Shown: positions 1 to 11,084, numbered from the stretch's first letter. The stretch is 64,000 bases of DNA from an uncultured delta proteobacterium (GCA_963752595.1 CAVVYZ010000005.1:64001-128000), one strand, 5' to 3'. Notes: generated by a model not told the origin, from the sequence alone. Translations and numbers: made by a program.

Positions 1-1379
1 GTTGCCAAGGCAAAGTGCTGGAGATGACACGCGCCCCGGTTGGACATCATGTAGGCCAGGCCCATGCCGTGGAAGCCTCTGGGGTCGTGCATCGGGGCTT
101 CGAGGCCCTTGACGTGAACCACGGCATCGATGGCATCGCCGCCTATCTTTGTGGCCGCCTTCACTGCACCTTCTGCCAGGATGTCTCCGAATCCTTCCCT
201 GAATGCGATCTTTGTCACGAGGGCAATCACTGCATCCATGTTTCCCCAGGTGAGCTCCAGTCCGTCAAGCTGTTCCTTCGTGACCCGTCCCTTTTCATAG
301 AGCTCCATGGCAAGAGCAATGGCGGAGCCGCAGCTGATGGTGTCCATGCCGTAGCGGTTGCAGAGCTCGTTGGCCTTGATGACTGCCGAAAGGTCTCCGT
401 TCATCAGCATGGTTCCGAACACGGCGCAAGTCTCGTACTCGGGACCGGGGCCTTCAACCGACCGGTACGGCCCGTCATCCACCTTGACCACCCTCTTGCA
501 GGCAATGGGGCAGTTGGCGCAGGCGTGCGCCTTGGTCAGATATTTCTCCCGCATGGTGGGGCCGCTCAAGTTATTCGAGAGATCATATGCACCTCCCGAG
601 GTCCAGTTCTTCACCGGGACGTCGCCGGTTACCATACCGAGGTCCATATTCGCATCCGAGCCCATCAGATGAAGTCCTTCGGCAAGGGCCGACTCCTTGA
701 TTTCCTGCATGGCCGCCTTCTGGGCCAGCTTGAACTTCTCATCATCGAACTTCTCGACCTTGCCCGTGCCCCTGACCTGGATCGCCTTGAGCTTCTTTGA
801 TCCCATGACGGCACCGAGCCCTGCCCTGCCGCTGAAATGGCCCTTGTCATTGCCGATGGCGGCGATCCTCACGAGGTTCTCACCCGCAGGCCCTATGACG
901 AGGACTTTTAATGACTTATCCTGGAGCTTGAGAATGTCTGTCGTCTCGTAAATATCCTTGCCCCACAGGTGGGCTGCATCGAACAGCTCGGCCTTGGAAT
1001 CTCCCACCGAGAGATAGACCGGTGAGTCTGCCTTGCCTTCGATGACGATCCCGTCATACCCTGCCCGTTTGAGGTCGGGGCCGAAGGTGCCGCCGCAGGC
1101 CGATTCCGCCCAGATACCCGTCTGAGGTGATTTTGCGCAGATGGAAAACCTGGATGTACCCGGAAAACCGCTTCCCACCATGGGGCCGGTCATGATCATA
1201 AGCGGATTGTCGGGAGAGAGCGGGTCGACCGCCAGGGGATAGCGATCGAGGAAAAACTTTGCCGCCAGGCAGCTTCCCCCGATATACTTCTTCAGATCTT
1301 CGGAACCGATGGTGAAGTCCCTGCATTCCTTTCGAGAAAGATTTACCAGTAAAAATTTCCCGGCATATCCTCCGGCCAT
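1..1379 (-). CDS. Aldehyde ferredoxin oxidoreductase family protein (runs off window start)
   Basis: Translated by hand from ATG at 1379 (GGAGG RBS): MAGGYAGKFLLVNLS...AKSPQTGIWAESACGGTFGPDLKRAGYDGIVIEGKA...GRAGLGAVMGSKKLKA, the AOR N-terminal signatures. Absent from the ORF track because no stop lies in the window. Confidence 0.92.
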   Translation of the reverse strand, partial: MAGGYAGKFLLVNLSRKECRDFTIGSEDLKKYIGGSCLAAKFFLDRYPLAVDPLSPDNPLMIMTGPMVGSGFPGTSRFSICAKSPQTGIWAESACGGTFGPDLKRAGYDGIVIEGKADSPVYLSVGDSKAELFDAAHLWGKDIYETTDILKLQDKSLKVLVIGPAGENLVRIAAIGNDKGHFSGRAGLGAVMGSKKLKAIQVRGTGKVEKFDDEKFKLAQKAAMQEIKESALAEGLHLMGSDANMDLGMVTGDVPVKNWTSGGAYDLSNNLSGPTMREKYLTKAHACANCPIACKRVVKVDDGPYRSVEGPGPEYETCAVFGTMLMNGDLSAVIKANELCNRYGMDTISCGSAIALAMELYEKGRVTKEQLDGLELTWGNMDAVIALVTKIAFREGFGDILAEGAVKAATKIGGDAIDAVVHVKGLEAPMHDPRGFHGMGLAYMMSNRGACHLQHFALA

Positions 1380-1624
1380 GGGCTACCTCCTTTTTTACAG
1401 AGCAATTCTAGATTAATGTAAAGCATGCGGGTGTTTTCTTCAATCGAGGGGGAACTGAATCTTCTGTAACAGGCATCTGCATATCGTTGTACGATAATAT
1501 ATTATATTCTCATAAACAGAATTCAAAATTCTATGATCCGGTTGTCGAGCGAGAATCCGGGATACGGCATCGTCTCCACGAGGCAACCGGCTCGTGATAC
1601 TGTTCATCCAACCAAAATTGTGTA

Positions 1625-1650
1625 TTTTTCATACTTAAGTAGGATGAGAA
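1625..1650. promoter_or_regulatory. Candidate operator TCATAC-N4-GTAKGA, copy 1 (upstream of acyl-CoA dehydrogenase)
   Basis: TTTTTCATACTTAAGTAGGATGAGAA; 22/26 identical to 22822-22847; palindromic core. Confidence 0.55.
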
Positions 1651-1715
1651 AGGGATCTCTTTCCTGAATAATCTATCAACTCAGAATTCTATGAGTAAAG
1701 AGAGAGGAGACGCAC

Positions 1716-3578
1716 ATGGCTAACCTTATTATGGATGAAAGGGACCAGAAATTCGTTCTGTTCGAGATGCTCGGGGCGGAAAAACTCTGCGATGCTCCGA
1801 AGTATGCAGAGTTCTCCCGGGATATGTTTGAAATGATCCTGAGCGAGGCTCAGAAATTCGCTGTCGAAGAAGTGCTGCCTACACTGGTGGAATCCGACAA
1901 GACGGGCTGCAAGCTCATAAACGGGCAGGTCCATGTCCCGGAGTGCTTCCAGCGTCCGTACAAGCTCTTCTGCGAGGCCGGCTGGAACTGCATGTCATTT
2001 CCTCCGGAGCACGGCGGCCAGGGGCTGCCGTTTCTCATGAGGGTGGCAGCGCATGAGTGGTTCACGCACAACTTTTCTTTCATCTCCTACCCGGGTCTCG
2101 GCGAGGGTGCAGCGCACCTCATCGAATCGTACGGCACGAAAGAGCAGAAGGAAAAATATCTCCCCAACATGCTCACCGGCCAGTGGGGCGGCACCATGTG
2201 CCTGACCGAGCCCGGCGCCGGCACCGACGTGGGCAACCTGAGCACCAGGGCGATCCGTCAGCCTGACGGGACGTTCCTCATCAAGGGCACCAAGATGTTC
2301 ATCACCGGCGGCGATCACGACCTGGCGGAGAACATCATCCACCCGGTGCTCGCCCGCATCGAGGGCGACCCGGCCGGGACAAAGGGCATTTCGATCTTCC
2401 TCGTTCCCAAGTACCTCATCAATGAAGACGGCACTCCCGGCGCACGCAACGACTTCGAGATCGCCAAGATCGAGGAGAAGATGGGCATCCACGGGAGCGC
2501 AACCTGCGTCATCAATTTCGGCGACAACGGCAAATGCAAGGCCGAGCTCATGGGACAGGAACGCGAGGGCATGAAGATCATGTTCCAGATGATGAACGAA
2601 GCCCGGATCTCCACGGGGCTGCAGGGCCTCACCAGTGCGAGCATCGCGTATCTCCACGCGCTCCAGTACGCCAAGGAACGGCTTCAGGGCGCATCGCTGA
2701 TGAATTTCAACAACGCGGAAGCACCGCGCGTGGCCATCATCGAGCATCCGGATGTACGCCGCAACCTCCTGTGGATGAAGTCCAACGTCGACAGCATGCG
2801 CGCCCTCATGTATTACGCGACCATCTGCGGCGACAGGGCATTGACCGCGACCGATGAAGCTGAAATGGATAAATGGATGGGCATCTTCGAAGTGCTCACG
2901 CCTATCTGTAAGGCATACACCACGGATATCGGGTTCAGGGTCACCGAAACAGCCATGCAGGTATACGGCGGATACGGCTATTGCAGCGAGTATCCCGTGG
3001 AGCAGTTCATGCGGGATGAGAAGATCGCCAGCATCTACGAAGGCACCAACGGCATCCAGTCCCTGGACCTCGTGGGAAGGAAGCTCGGCATGAAGAAAGG
3101 CACCTACTTCATGCACATGCTCGGCGAGATGAATGCAACCGTGTCAGCAGCCAAGGGAAACCAGGCCGTCAAGGACCTTGCCGACGATGTGCAGGCAGGG
3201 ATCAATGCTTTGACCGACATGAGCCTCTATTTTGCATCCTGCGCCAAGGCCGGGAAGTTCCTCATCCCGGTGGGAAACGCGTATCCGTTCCTCATGATGA
3301 TGGGCAAGGTCATCTCTGCCTGGATGCTGCTCTGGCAGGCAGACATCGCATCCGGCAAGCTTGCCGCCCTGTGCAACGAGAAGGGCGTGGACATCGCCGA
3401 CCAGGCCGCACTGGGGAATCTTGCAAAGGATAACAAAGAGGCTGCCTTCTATGACGGCAAGCTCAAAGGCGCACGCTACTTCATCAAGAACGTGCTGCCT
3501 GAGATCGAGGGCACCATCAGGTCGATAAAGAGCGAAGATCTCTCCATAATGAACATCTCACAGGAGAGCTTTGCTTAA
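1716..3578 (+). CDS. Acyl-CoA dehydrogenase (long form with C-terminal extension)
   Basis: TMCLTEPGAGTDVG, KMFITGG, EEKMGIHGSAT, QVYGGYGY, IYEGTNGIQ motifs. Confidence 0.95.
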   Translation: MANLIMDERDQKFVLFEMLGAEKLCDAPKYAEFSRDMFEMILSEAQKFAVEEVLPTLVESDKTGCKLINGQVHVPECFQRPYKLFCEAGWNCMSFPPEHGGQGLPFLMRVAAHEWFTHNFSFISYPGLGEGAAHLIESYGTKEQKEKYLPNMLTGQWGGTMCLTEPGAGTDVGNLSTRAIRQPDGTFLIKGTKMFITGGDHDLAENIIHPVLARIEGDPAGTKGISIFLVPKYLINEDGTPGARNDFEIAKIEEKMGIHGSATCVINFGDNGKCKAELMGQEREGMKIMFQMMNEARISTGLQGLTSASIAYLHALQYAKERLQGASLMNFNNAEAPRVAIIEHPDVRRNLLWMKSNVDSMRALMYYATICGDRALTATDEAEMDKWMGIFEVLTPICKAYTTDIGFRVTETAMQVYGGYGYCSEYPVEQFMRDEKIASIYEGTNGIQSLDLVGRKLGMKKGTYFMHMLGEMNATVSAAKGNQAVKDLADDVQAGINALTDMSLYFASCAKAGKFLIPVGNAYPFLMMMGKVISAWMLLWQADIASGKLAALCNEKGVDIADQAALGNLAKDNKEAAFYDGKLKGARYFIKNVLPEIEGTIRSIKSEDLSIMNISQESFA

Positions 3579-3621
3579 GCCCCTGAAAGGTCCTGCCGGA
3601 GCCGTTATCATAAACTGGTAA

Positions 3622-3691
3622 AGGCTGCCTCCTCTTCCTCTCCCCCCGTTTCCGGGGGAGAGGGAGGAGAGAGGATGCAGCCTAATTTTTT
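3622..3691 (+). terminator. Long hairpin/intrinsic terminator after acyl-CoA dehydrogenase
   Basis: AGGCTGC..CTCTCCCCC-loop-GGGGGAGAG..GCAGCCT followed by a T-run. Confidence 0.6.
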
Positions 3692-3838
3692 CAAGCACAA
3701 CAGCGCCGGATACTCGTTAATCGGGGTTAAAACCACCCCCTCATTCCCCCTTCCTTGATAAAATTCAAGCATCAGTATAAATAAATAGTGTTATATGGTA
3801 TATGATTGAAAAAAATCTGCCGGGCGGAGTATGCCTTT

Positions 3839-6628
3839 ATGATCAGCAGCGTCCTGAAAACGAAGCTTGCCATCCCGCCTGCCCAGGCCAATTGGATGAG
3901 CAGGCCCCGGTTGATAAGGCTCCTGAACTCCGGGTTGGAACACAAGCTTACCATTGTTACCGCACCCGCGGGTTTCGGAAAGACAACGCTGCTGGGCGAA
4001 TGGGCAGGGAGCCGGCGAAATATTTTTTCCTGGCTTTCTCTGGATGAGGGCGACAACGATAGTTTGCGTTTCTGGATTCATTTCATTTCATCCCTCCGGA
4101 TGCCGCGGCCGGGGCTCGGCAAGGCAGCTCTCGAAATGCTCCAGTCTTACTCTCCCTCGCAGCTTCCCGTGGAAACGTGCCTGACAACCCTGATCAATGA
4201 ACTATTTGAAGAGAACAAGACCTTTGTCATGGTTCTCGACGACTATCACCTCATCAGCAACCCAGCCATACACACCGACTTGAAGTTTCTCATCGATCAC
4301 ATCCCTCCCCGGTTCCATCTCGTCTTCTCGACCCGGGTAAAAGTCCCGTTTCCCGTCGGGCGCCTGAGAATCAAAAACCAGCTGACCGAGCTCAATGCCG
4401 ATGACTTACGCTTCACGGCCCAGGAGATATCGCTCTTCGCCAAAAAGGTGATCGGGACCAAGCTTGCCGATGCAGATATACCCGCGCTTGGCGCCTACTC
4501 AGAGGGATGGGCTGCAGGATTGCAGATCGCTGCCATCGCCATAAAAAAAGACATGCCCGGAGATGTCCCGCTGGTTTCCAAAGGTTATGAGCACATGATC
4601 GAGTATTTCATGGAAGAGGTGTTTTCCTCCCATCCTGAAAGGATCCAGACATTCCTGCTGGAAACTTCCATTCTCGAACGATTGAGCGGACCGCTGTGCG
4701 ATGCCGTCACCGGGCAGAAAGACAGCGCGGCGACACTCGAAGCGCTCTGTGCAGGAAACATGCTCATCGTTCCTCTGGACCACGAGCGCCGCGAGTACCG
4801 CTACCATGTCCTGTTTGCCGACACGCTGAAAAGCCGCCTCCGGAAACTCGATCCCGGACGCATCCGGAGCCTGCATGCCTTAGCTTCAAGGTGGTTTGTG
4901 GAGAACGACATGCCCGATGAGGGCATCCGCCATGCAATCGAGTCAGAAGACTGGGATCGGGCGGTGGATCTTGTGGACAAATACGCGGGGATCGCGCTGC
5001 TGCGGGGTGAATCGTCGACTGCTCTGCGATGGATGAAGTCGCTGCCTCCGAAGAATATCAGCTCCCACCCCGGGCTCTCCACCGGGTATGCCTGGGCGTT
5101 GTTCTTAAGCAACTTGAGGAACAGGACGGGAATACCCTATGAGGTAATCGGACAGTTCTTAAGGGATGCGGAGAAGGCCTACCTGGAGAAGAATTATGCA
5201 GCAAGGTCGTTTTCCGTGCGTGAACGCCAGGTCATCGGACATGCCAATGCACTGCGGGTATATCTGGCCTATGAACGGGGAGAACCGGCCAATAAGATCA
5301 TCGACCTGTGCAAGCGCAGCCTGACAGGCACGGAAGGAGACTTCCCCATCGTGCGGGCCGGTGTCTACAACATCCTCGGGATGACCTATATGAACATGGA
5401 CGAGCCCGAGGCCGCTGCGAGGGCACTGGAAGAAGCGAGGACCATCGGGTTCGTCGAAGGATTGTGCTTCTCGGTCGTCACGATCGACTGCTTCCGGGCG
5501 TATCTTGCAAAAATCCGCGGAAGGCTCCGGGAATCGGAATCCATGTGCCGCGAGTCTATGAAGACCATCAACGAATCCTTCATAAAGACCCGAAGGTTGC
5601 CGCCTGAGATGCTCGGGCTCATCCAGCTGGTGCTTTCCTATATCCTCATCGAGAAAAACGAACTCAAGACCGCGGACCGGATGCTCCATGAAATCATCAG
5701 GCCGATCCGGCTGCTCAAGGAGACGTTTACCGCCATATCGCACTATACACTGCTCGCCCGCACCAGACTCAGCCAGGGAGCAGACCTGAAGGATGTCTTT
5801 TCCCTGTTGACGGAAATCGGGCTCATGGAGCAGTCATGCCCCGGAGCCGGGGCGCATTCCGCTGCGCTGCGCATCCGGTTCCTGCTCCAGCGCTACCGTG
5901 ACAACCCTTCTTTCCTGGAATCCGCCTTCCGGCTGGCAGACCAGTACGGCTTTCAATTAAGCAGCCAGGCAAGGCCGTACATCAATCCTTTGGCAAAACA
6001 GTGGTATCACACGGAGCAGCTCTCCCTGGTCCGGCTCTCGCTTGCCGAGGCGGACGTGAGGCCCCGGAGCCGGTGCCGCCTCCCCCTTGAGGAGGTACTC
6101 CCTTTTCTTGAAGCAGTCTTGGCCAAGGCAGGGAAAGAAGGCTGGGGTGAGCTGGAAATCGAAGCGCTCATGCTGACCGCACTGGTGCATCATGCACGAG
6201 AGGACGAAGGACAGGCAATGGCTGCACTCGAAAGCGCCTTTTCTCTGGCCGAGCCGGAAGGATATGTACGCATCTTTGCCGAGGAAGGAGCGCCCATGGC
6301 CGGGCTGCTTCGCCAGGCAATCGCCAAGGGCATATATCCTGGTTTTGCCGCCAAGCTGCTGGAGGCCGCACAAGGGGAATCCGGAAGCGGCCGGCCTTCA
6401 TCAGCCATTCCGGATGACCTGTTCAACGCGCAGATAGAACGTTTGAGCCGGCAGGAAAACGCCATCCTCAAACTCATTGCAGACGGCCTCTCGAACCAGG
6501 AAATTGCCGATGAGCTCTGCATTGCCCTGACAACGGTCAAAACTCACAATTACAATATCTTCAGCAAGCTCAACGTAAAAAAGCGCTTCCAGGCAGTAAA
6601 AAAGGCAAAACAATTGAATCTTCTGTAA
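3839..6628 (+). CDS. MalT-like STAND ATPase / LuxR-HTH transcriptional regulator
   Basis: TKLAIPP..RPRL start, Walker A APAGFGKTT, LVLDDYH, YSEGWAAGLQ, YRYHVLF, C-terminal LuxR HTH (GLSNQEIADELCIALTTVKTH). Confidence 0.92.
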   Translation: MISSVLKTKLAIPPAQANWMSRPRLIRLLNSGLEHKLTIVTAPAGFGKTTLLGEWAGSRRNIFSWLSLDEGDNDSLRFWIHFISSLRMPRPGLGKAALEMLQSYSPSQLPVETCLTTLINELFEENKTFVMVLDDYHLISNPAIHTDLKFLIDHIPPRFHLVFSTRVKVPFPVGRLRIKNQLTELNADDLRFTAQEISLFAKKVIGTKLADADIPALGAYSEGWAAGLQIAAIAIKKDMPGDVPLVSKGYEHMIEYFMEEVFSSHPERIQTFLLETSILERLSGPLCDAVTGQKDSAATLEALCAGNMLIVPLDHERREYRYHVLFADTLKSRLRKLDPGRIRSLHALASRWFVENDMPDEGIRHAIESEDWDRAVDLVDKYAGIALLRGESSTALRWMKSLPPKNISSHPGLSTGYAWALFLSNLRNRTGIPYEVIGQFLRDAEKAYLEKNYAARSFSVRERQVIGHANALRVYLAYERGEPANKIIDLCKRSLTGTEGDFPIVRAGVYNILGMTYMNMDEPEAAARALEEARTIGFVEGLCFSVVTIDCFRAYLAKIRGRLRESESMCRESMKTINESFIKTRRLPPEMLGLIQLVLSYILIEKNELKTADRMLHEIIRPIRLLKETFTAISHYTLLARTRLSQGADLKDVFSLLTEIGLMEQSCPGAGAHSAALRIRFLLQRYRDNPSFLESAFRLADQYGFQLSSQARPYINPLAKQWYHTEQLSLVRLSLAEADVRPRSRCRLPLEEVLPFLEAVLAKAGKEGWGELEIEALMLTALVHHAREDEGQAMAALESAFSLAEPEGYVRIFAEEGAPMAGLLRQAIAKGIYPGFAAKLLEAAQGESGSGRPSSAIPDDLFNAQIERLSRQENAILKLIADGLSNQEIADELCIALTTVKTHNYNIFSKLNVKKRFQAVKKAKQLNLL

Positions 6629-7134
6629 CGCTCTCTTGCACCATCTTTCCGTATTGAATCCTGGGGGTTTCCCCGCAGCAGGAGGGATGCTAAAAAGAGT
6701 CTGGCATTGCCGTATCAGGGAAATCAATAAGTTAAAGCCAGCGGCAAAAGAGATAGTCATCGAGCTGCCCCAGTCAATTTGATGGGAGATGCCATTCATT
6801 CTTATGAAACCGATCTTGGTAAGCTGAGACGACTTATGGTGATTGATAGCGGTGGCCGCCTCATCTGGGAGTGAAGATAGTGTAATGATATTTCTAAAAA
6901 GAAGATAAATCGACTCCGCCCCAGATTTTTTCGGCCGGCTCCATCATACAGGTTTAATGTTTTTAATGAGCACCTGTCCGAAACTATCCGGGTAGAAAAA
7001 TCATTGGATTCATGCCTTGTCCTTATGATCCTGCACATTATTTTCTTAATTGTGATGAAGAATTCATCATCGGGCAGTGGGAGTTCCTACTCGATGCGAT
7101 GCATGCTTTTCATCACAACAGCCTTTGAGGAATA

Positions 7135-8172
7135 ATGATGAGCTATGTAGTCCTGAATAAAGACCAGCTGAACAACTTCATCGTACAGCTCTCGGCAAGG
7201 CAGAAGGTGGTTGCCGCGGTCCATAAGGGGAATAACCAGTATGCATTCGAGGAGGTGCGGTCCGGGGACCGGATCTCGATCAGGTATATACCGACCATCC
7301 TGCCTCTAAAAAAGTATTTCGTGCCCCAGTATGAGACTCTGCTCGAGTATGACGTCAGGGAAGTCCCGAAGACCAAGGTGGTCGTGGAGTACGAGCCTCT
7401 GGTGCTGTTCGGGGTCCATACCTGCGACCTGGCAGGGATCCAGTGCCTGAACATCGTCCTTTCGGACAGGCCCAAGGACCTGCACTACCTGTTCCGGAAG
7501 AACAAGCTGATCATCATGGGCCTGGAATGCAACGATTACTGCGACGGCTATGCCAGCTGCTCACTGATGGGCAACCATCTGCCCTTCGGCGGATACGACC
7601 TGTTCTTTACCGAGCTCGACGAGTCGTTCATCATCCATGTTCAGACAAAGACAGGCGATGATCTCATAGAACAAATGGATTTCATCAGGAAGGCTGAGCC
7701 GTCCCACATGAACGCCCTCGAAGAGGTCCGGGCCCGCAAGAGGGAGATCTTCAGAAACGAGGTGGATCTGGAGCGGGATGAAATACCAATTCTGTTCGAC
7801 AAAGGCTTCGACCATCCCGTGTGGAAAGAGATCGGGGAGCGCTGCCTTTCCTGCGGAAACTGCACCAATGTCTGCCCCACCTGCTACTGCTTCGATGTCA
7901 TGGACATCCCGAACCTCGATCTTACCACAGGCAGGAGGGTCAGGGTCTGGGATTCCTGCCAGAACGAGCCATTTGCCAAGATAGCCAGCGGAGAGAGCTT
8001 CCGGGCCGAGAGGAGCGACCGGCTGCGCCACCGCTTCTACCGGAAGTTCAAGTACCACAACCAGCGGTTCAATCGGTATTACTGCACCGGATGCGGGAGA
8101 TGCACCCGCACTTGTATGGCAAAGATCAATCTCAAGGAAACCATTACCGCGCTGAAGAAGGTGCCGCTATGA
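7135..8172 (+). CDS. hydB: Group 3b [NiFe] sulfhydrogenase beta subunit (4Fe-4S)
   Basis: CLSCGNCTNVCPTCYC and CTGCGRCTRTC clusters; first gene of a beta-gamma-delta-alpha order. Confidence 0.88.
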   Translation: MMSYVVLNKDQLNNFIVQLSARQKVVAAVHKGNNQYAFEEVRSGDRISIRYIPTILPLKKYFVPQYETLLEYDVREVPKTKVVVEYEPLVLFGVHTCDLAGIQCLNIVLSDRPKDLHYLFRKNKLIIMGLECNDYCDGYASCSLMGNHLPFGGYDLFFTELDESFIIHVQTKTGDDLIEQMDFIRKAEPSHMNALEEVRARKREIFRNEVDLERDEIPILFDKGFDHPVWKEIGERCLSCGNCTNVCPTCYCFDVMDIPNLDLTTGRRVRVWDSCQNEPFAKIASGESFRAERSDRLRHRFYRKFKYHNQRFNRYYCTGCGRCTRTCMAKINLKETITALKKVPL

Positions 8173-9011
8173 GCAGGGAGAAGGTGATCATCAGGAATTC
8201 TTCCTATGAGATAAAGCCTGCCGGGATCGTCCGGAAAAGGGTGCTCACGGACAAGGAACAGCTGTTCGAGATAGCGTTCGACAGCGGAGAGCTCCTCGAC
8301 CACGAGCCGGGCCAGTTCGTCGAGGTGTCCATCCCCGGGGCCGGAGAAGCCCCGATCTCCGTCTGCTCCTCGCCCACGCTGCAGGGGAGCTTTGAGCTCT
8401 GCGTGAGGAAGATCGGCAAGGTGACCACTGTCCTGCACCACCTGGAGGTGGGCGACGAGATCGGCATCAGGGGGCCGTTCGGCAAGGGCTTCCCGGTCAG
8501 CATCCTCGAAGGTAACGACCTCCTGATGATAGCGGGCGGCCTCGGGCTGGCCCCGCTGCGCTCGCTCATCAATTACGTCATGGACAACCGCCGCGACTTC
8601 GGTCATGTTTCCATCCTGCTGGGCTGCAATACGCCAGGGAGCATCCTGTTCGGCGACGAGGTCGAAGCCTGGGGCGAGCGCACCGATGTCAGCTTCGAGT
8701 GCACGGTGGACAGGGCCGAACCCGACTGGAAGGGGCATGTTGGGGTGATAACCACGCTGATACCGGGTATCAGCCTCGACCCCCACTATACCTTCGGCAT
8801 CATCGTCGGCCCGCCGGTGATGTACAAGTTCGTGATAAAAGAGCTGCTCGGCAAGGGCGTTCCCGAGGACCAAATCCTGGTGTCCCTGGAGAGGCACATG
8901 AAGTGCGGCCTGGGCAAGTGCGGCCACTGCCAGATCCATAATATCTACTGCTGCCAGGACGGGCCTGTCTTCCGCTACAGCCGGATAAAAAACTTGCGGG
9001 GTGCTATCTGA
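8169..9011 (+). CDS. hydG: Sulfhydrogenase gamma subunit (FAD/NAD(P)-binding, 2Fe-2S)
   Basis: ATG at 8169 overlaps the upstream stop; PGQFV, GIRGPFGKGF, IAGGLGLAPL, MKCGLGKCGHC..CQDGPVF. Confidence 0.9.
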   Translation: MSREKVIIRNSSYEIKPAGIVRKRVLTDKEQLFEIAFDSGELLDHEPGQFVEVSIPGAGEAPISVCSSPTLQGSFELCVRKIGKVTTVLHHLEVGDEIGIRGPFGKGFPVSILEGNDLLMIAGGLGLAPLRSLINYVMDNRRDFGHVSILLGCNTPGSILFGDEVEAWGERTDVSFECTVDRAEPDWKGHVGVITTLIPGISLDPHYTFGIIVGPPVMYKFVIKELLGKGVPEDQILVSLERHMKCGLGKCGHCQIHNIYCCQDGPVFRYSRIKNLRGAI

Positions 9012-9764
9012 ATGGAAAAACCGAAGACCGCCTTCTTCGATTTTGCCTGCTGTGAAGGGTGCCAGCTTCAGGTGGCCAATCTGGGGGAGACTCTCCTGGA
9101 TCTGCTGGGCTCCATCGAGCTGGTCGAGTTCCGCGAGGCGATGTCCGAGAAATGGGACAAAAACTATGACATCGCCGTCATCGAGGGGAGCATTACCACC
9201 CCGCATGCCGCAGAGCGGATACGCAGGATCAGGGAGCGATCAAGGATTCTGATTGCGTACGGATCGTGCGCGACCATAGGCGGGGTAAACGGGATCAAGA
9301 ACTCGTTTGACCTGGATGAGATACGCCAATACGTCTATACCCATGATTACCGGTTCTATCCCTCGGAAAAGACCAGGGCCGTGCATCAAACGGTGCAGGT
9401 GGATTATTTCGTGACCGGCTGCCCGGTGTATCCGCCCGAGTTCCTCGAGGTGCTGAAGGCTGTCCTCCTGGGCATCCCGTACCATGTGCCGGATAAAGCC
9501 GTGTGCGTCGAATGCAAGCTCAACGAGAATATCTGCATGTACGACCGCGGGGTCACCTGCCTGGGCCCGGTAACCAGGGCCGGGTGCAACTCCTGGTGCA
9601 TAAATAACGGGAACATCTGCTACGGATGCAGGGGCATGGTTTCCAACCCCGCCGAGAACGCCATGAAGCAGGTGATCGAGATGTACCGGATCCCCCTGGA
9701 TCTGATCATCAGGAAAATGGACATGTACAACAAATGCAGAGAGATCGACGAACATGGATCATAA
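9012..9764 (+). CDS. hydD: [NiFe] hydrogenase small (delta) subunit
   Basis: CCEGC, VIEGS, GSCATIGG, GCP, CLGPVTRAGC..CYGCRG. Confidence 0.9.
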   Translation: MEKPKTAFFDFACCEGCQLQVANLGETLLDLLGSIELVEFREAMSEKWDKNYDIAVIEGSITTPHAAERIRRIRERSRILIAYGSCATIGGVNGIKNSFDLDEIRQYVYTHDYRFYPSEKTRAVHQTVQVDYFVTGCPVYPPEFLEVLKAVLLGIPYHVPDKAVCVECKLNENICMYDRGVTCLGPVTRAGCNSWCINNGNICYGCRGMVSNPAENAMKQVIEMYRIPLDLIIRKMDMYNKCREIDEHGS

Positions 9765-11082
9765 GACCATAAAGGTGGATGTCGAGTACCTGACCCGTGT
9801 GGAAGGCCACGGCAACATCGTGGTGGATGTCAGGAACGGGGTGCTCGAAAAGTGTAACCTGGAGATCGTGGAAGCGCCAAGATTCTTTGAGGGCATGCTC
9901 CGTGGCCGGTCCATATTCGAGGCCCAGCATATCACCTCCAGGATCTGTGGCATCTGCGCATGCGCCCATACATTATCGTCGGTTCAGGCTGCCGAGGATG
10001 CCTTAAGCATCAGCCCGAGCCCCCAGACCGTGAAGCTGCGGGAGCTCCTCCTGGACGTGGAGATTCTCGACAGCCATATCCTCCACATCTACCTGCTGGC
10101 CCTCCCGGACCTGCTGGGCGTCAAGAGCTTTGTCCCCCTGATCGACACCCACCACAAGGTCGTCCGGAGGGCCCTGCGGATGAAGAAGACCTGCAACGAC
10201 ATCTGCGACATCCTGGTGGGCCGGCATGTCCACCCCATTTCCTGTATCGCTGGCGGCTTCACGAAGCTTCCCGCGCCGGATGACCTTGAAGAGATGCACG
10301 CTCTCTTAAAGGGGATGCGGCCAGACATGGACGCCACCGTGGACTTGGTGCTTCAGCTCTCCTTCCCCAAGTTTGAAAGGAAGACCGAGTATGTGGCGCT
10401 GGTGAACGATTCGCCGGATTATCCCCTGCTGTACGGAGATATCGGGTCATCGGACGGAAAGCGCGTGCGCAAGAAAGACTTCCGGAGTGTGACCAACGAG
10501 TTCATGGTGGAGCATTCCTCTGCAAAATTTGCAAGGTTCGCCCGGGACTCGTATGCGGTGGGCGCCCTGGCAAGGATGAATCTGAACTTCGACAAGTTGA
10601 GCCCGGGCGCGAAGATGATCGCCCATGCCGCAGGTTTCAAGCCCCCGGTACACAATCCGTACCTGAACACCGTTGCGCAGCTGATCGAGTGCGCCTATTG
10701 CCTGGAGCATGCAATCCGCATCGTGGAGCACTTCCGGGGCAGCGGGGTCGATCAGGACGAGCTGATCCTGGTTGGCCTGAACGAAAAGCATGAGATCCCG
10801 GTGCGTGCGGGGGACGGAGTCGGCGCCGTGGAGGCTCCGCGCGGCATTCTGTTCCATAATTACGCAACGGACGAACAGGGCGTTATCGTACAGGCGAACT
10901 GCATCATCCCGACCGCGCAGAACATCAACAACATCGAACACGACATGCGCAAACTCGTGCCCGAGATCCTCGACAGATCACAGGAGGAGATCACCCTGGC
11001 GCTCGAGATGCTGGTGAGGGCCTATGACCCCTGCATATCGTGCTCTGCGCACTTCCTCAATGTGCGCTTTAAAGACTCCTGA
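9754..11082 (+). CDS. hydA: [NiFe] hydrogenase large (alpha) subunit, group 3b
   Basis: TRVEGHG, L1 RICGICACAH, EAPRG, L2 RAYDPCISCSAH plus short cleavable C-terminal tail. Confidence 0.93.
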   Translation: MDHKTIKVDVEYLTRVEGHGNIVVDVRNGVLEKCNLEIVEAPRFFEGMLRGRSIFEAQHITSRICGICACAHTLSSVQAAEDALSISPSPQTVKLRELLLDVEILDSHILHIYLLALPDLLGVKSFVPLIDTHHKVVRRALRMKKTCNDICDILVGRHVHPISCIAGGFTKLPAPDDLEEMHALLKGMRPDMDATVDLVLQLSFPKFERKTEYVALVNDSPDYPLLYGDIGSSDGKRVRKKDFRSVTNEFMVEHSSAKFARFARDSYAVGALARMNLNFDKLSPGAKMIAHAAGFKPPVHNPYLNTVAQLIECAYCLEHAIRIVEHFRGSGVDQDELILVGLNEKHEIPVRAGDGVGAVEAPRGILFHNYATDEQGVIVQANCIIPTAQNINNIEHDMRKLVPEILDRSQEEITLALEMLVRAYDPCISCSAHFLNVRFKDS

Positions 11083-11084
11083 TC

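Noticed and set aside
15-800. Long plus-strand ORF (also 18163-19728, 23096-24904, 31219-33255 and similar)
   Set aside because: Antisense shadows of well-supported genes in GC-rich DNA.
7053-7069. TGATGAA-GAA-TTCATCA palindrome upstream of the hydrogenase as a Rex site
   Set aside because: Spacing and flanks differ from the TTGTGAA-N4-TTCACAA consensus; single occurrence.
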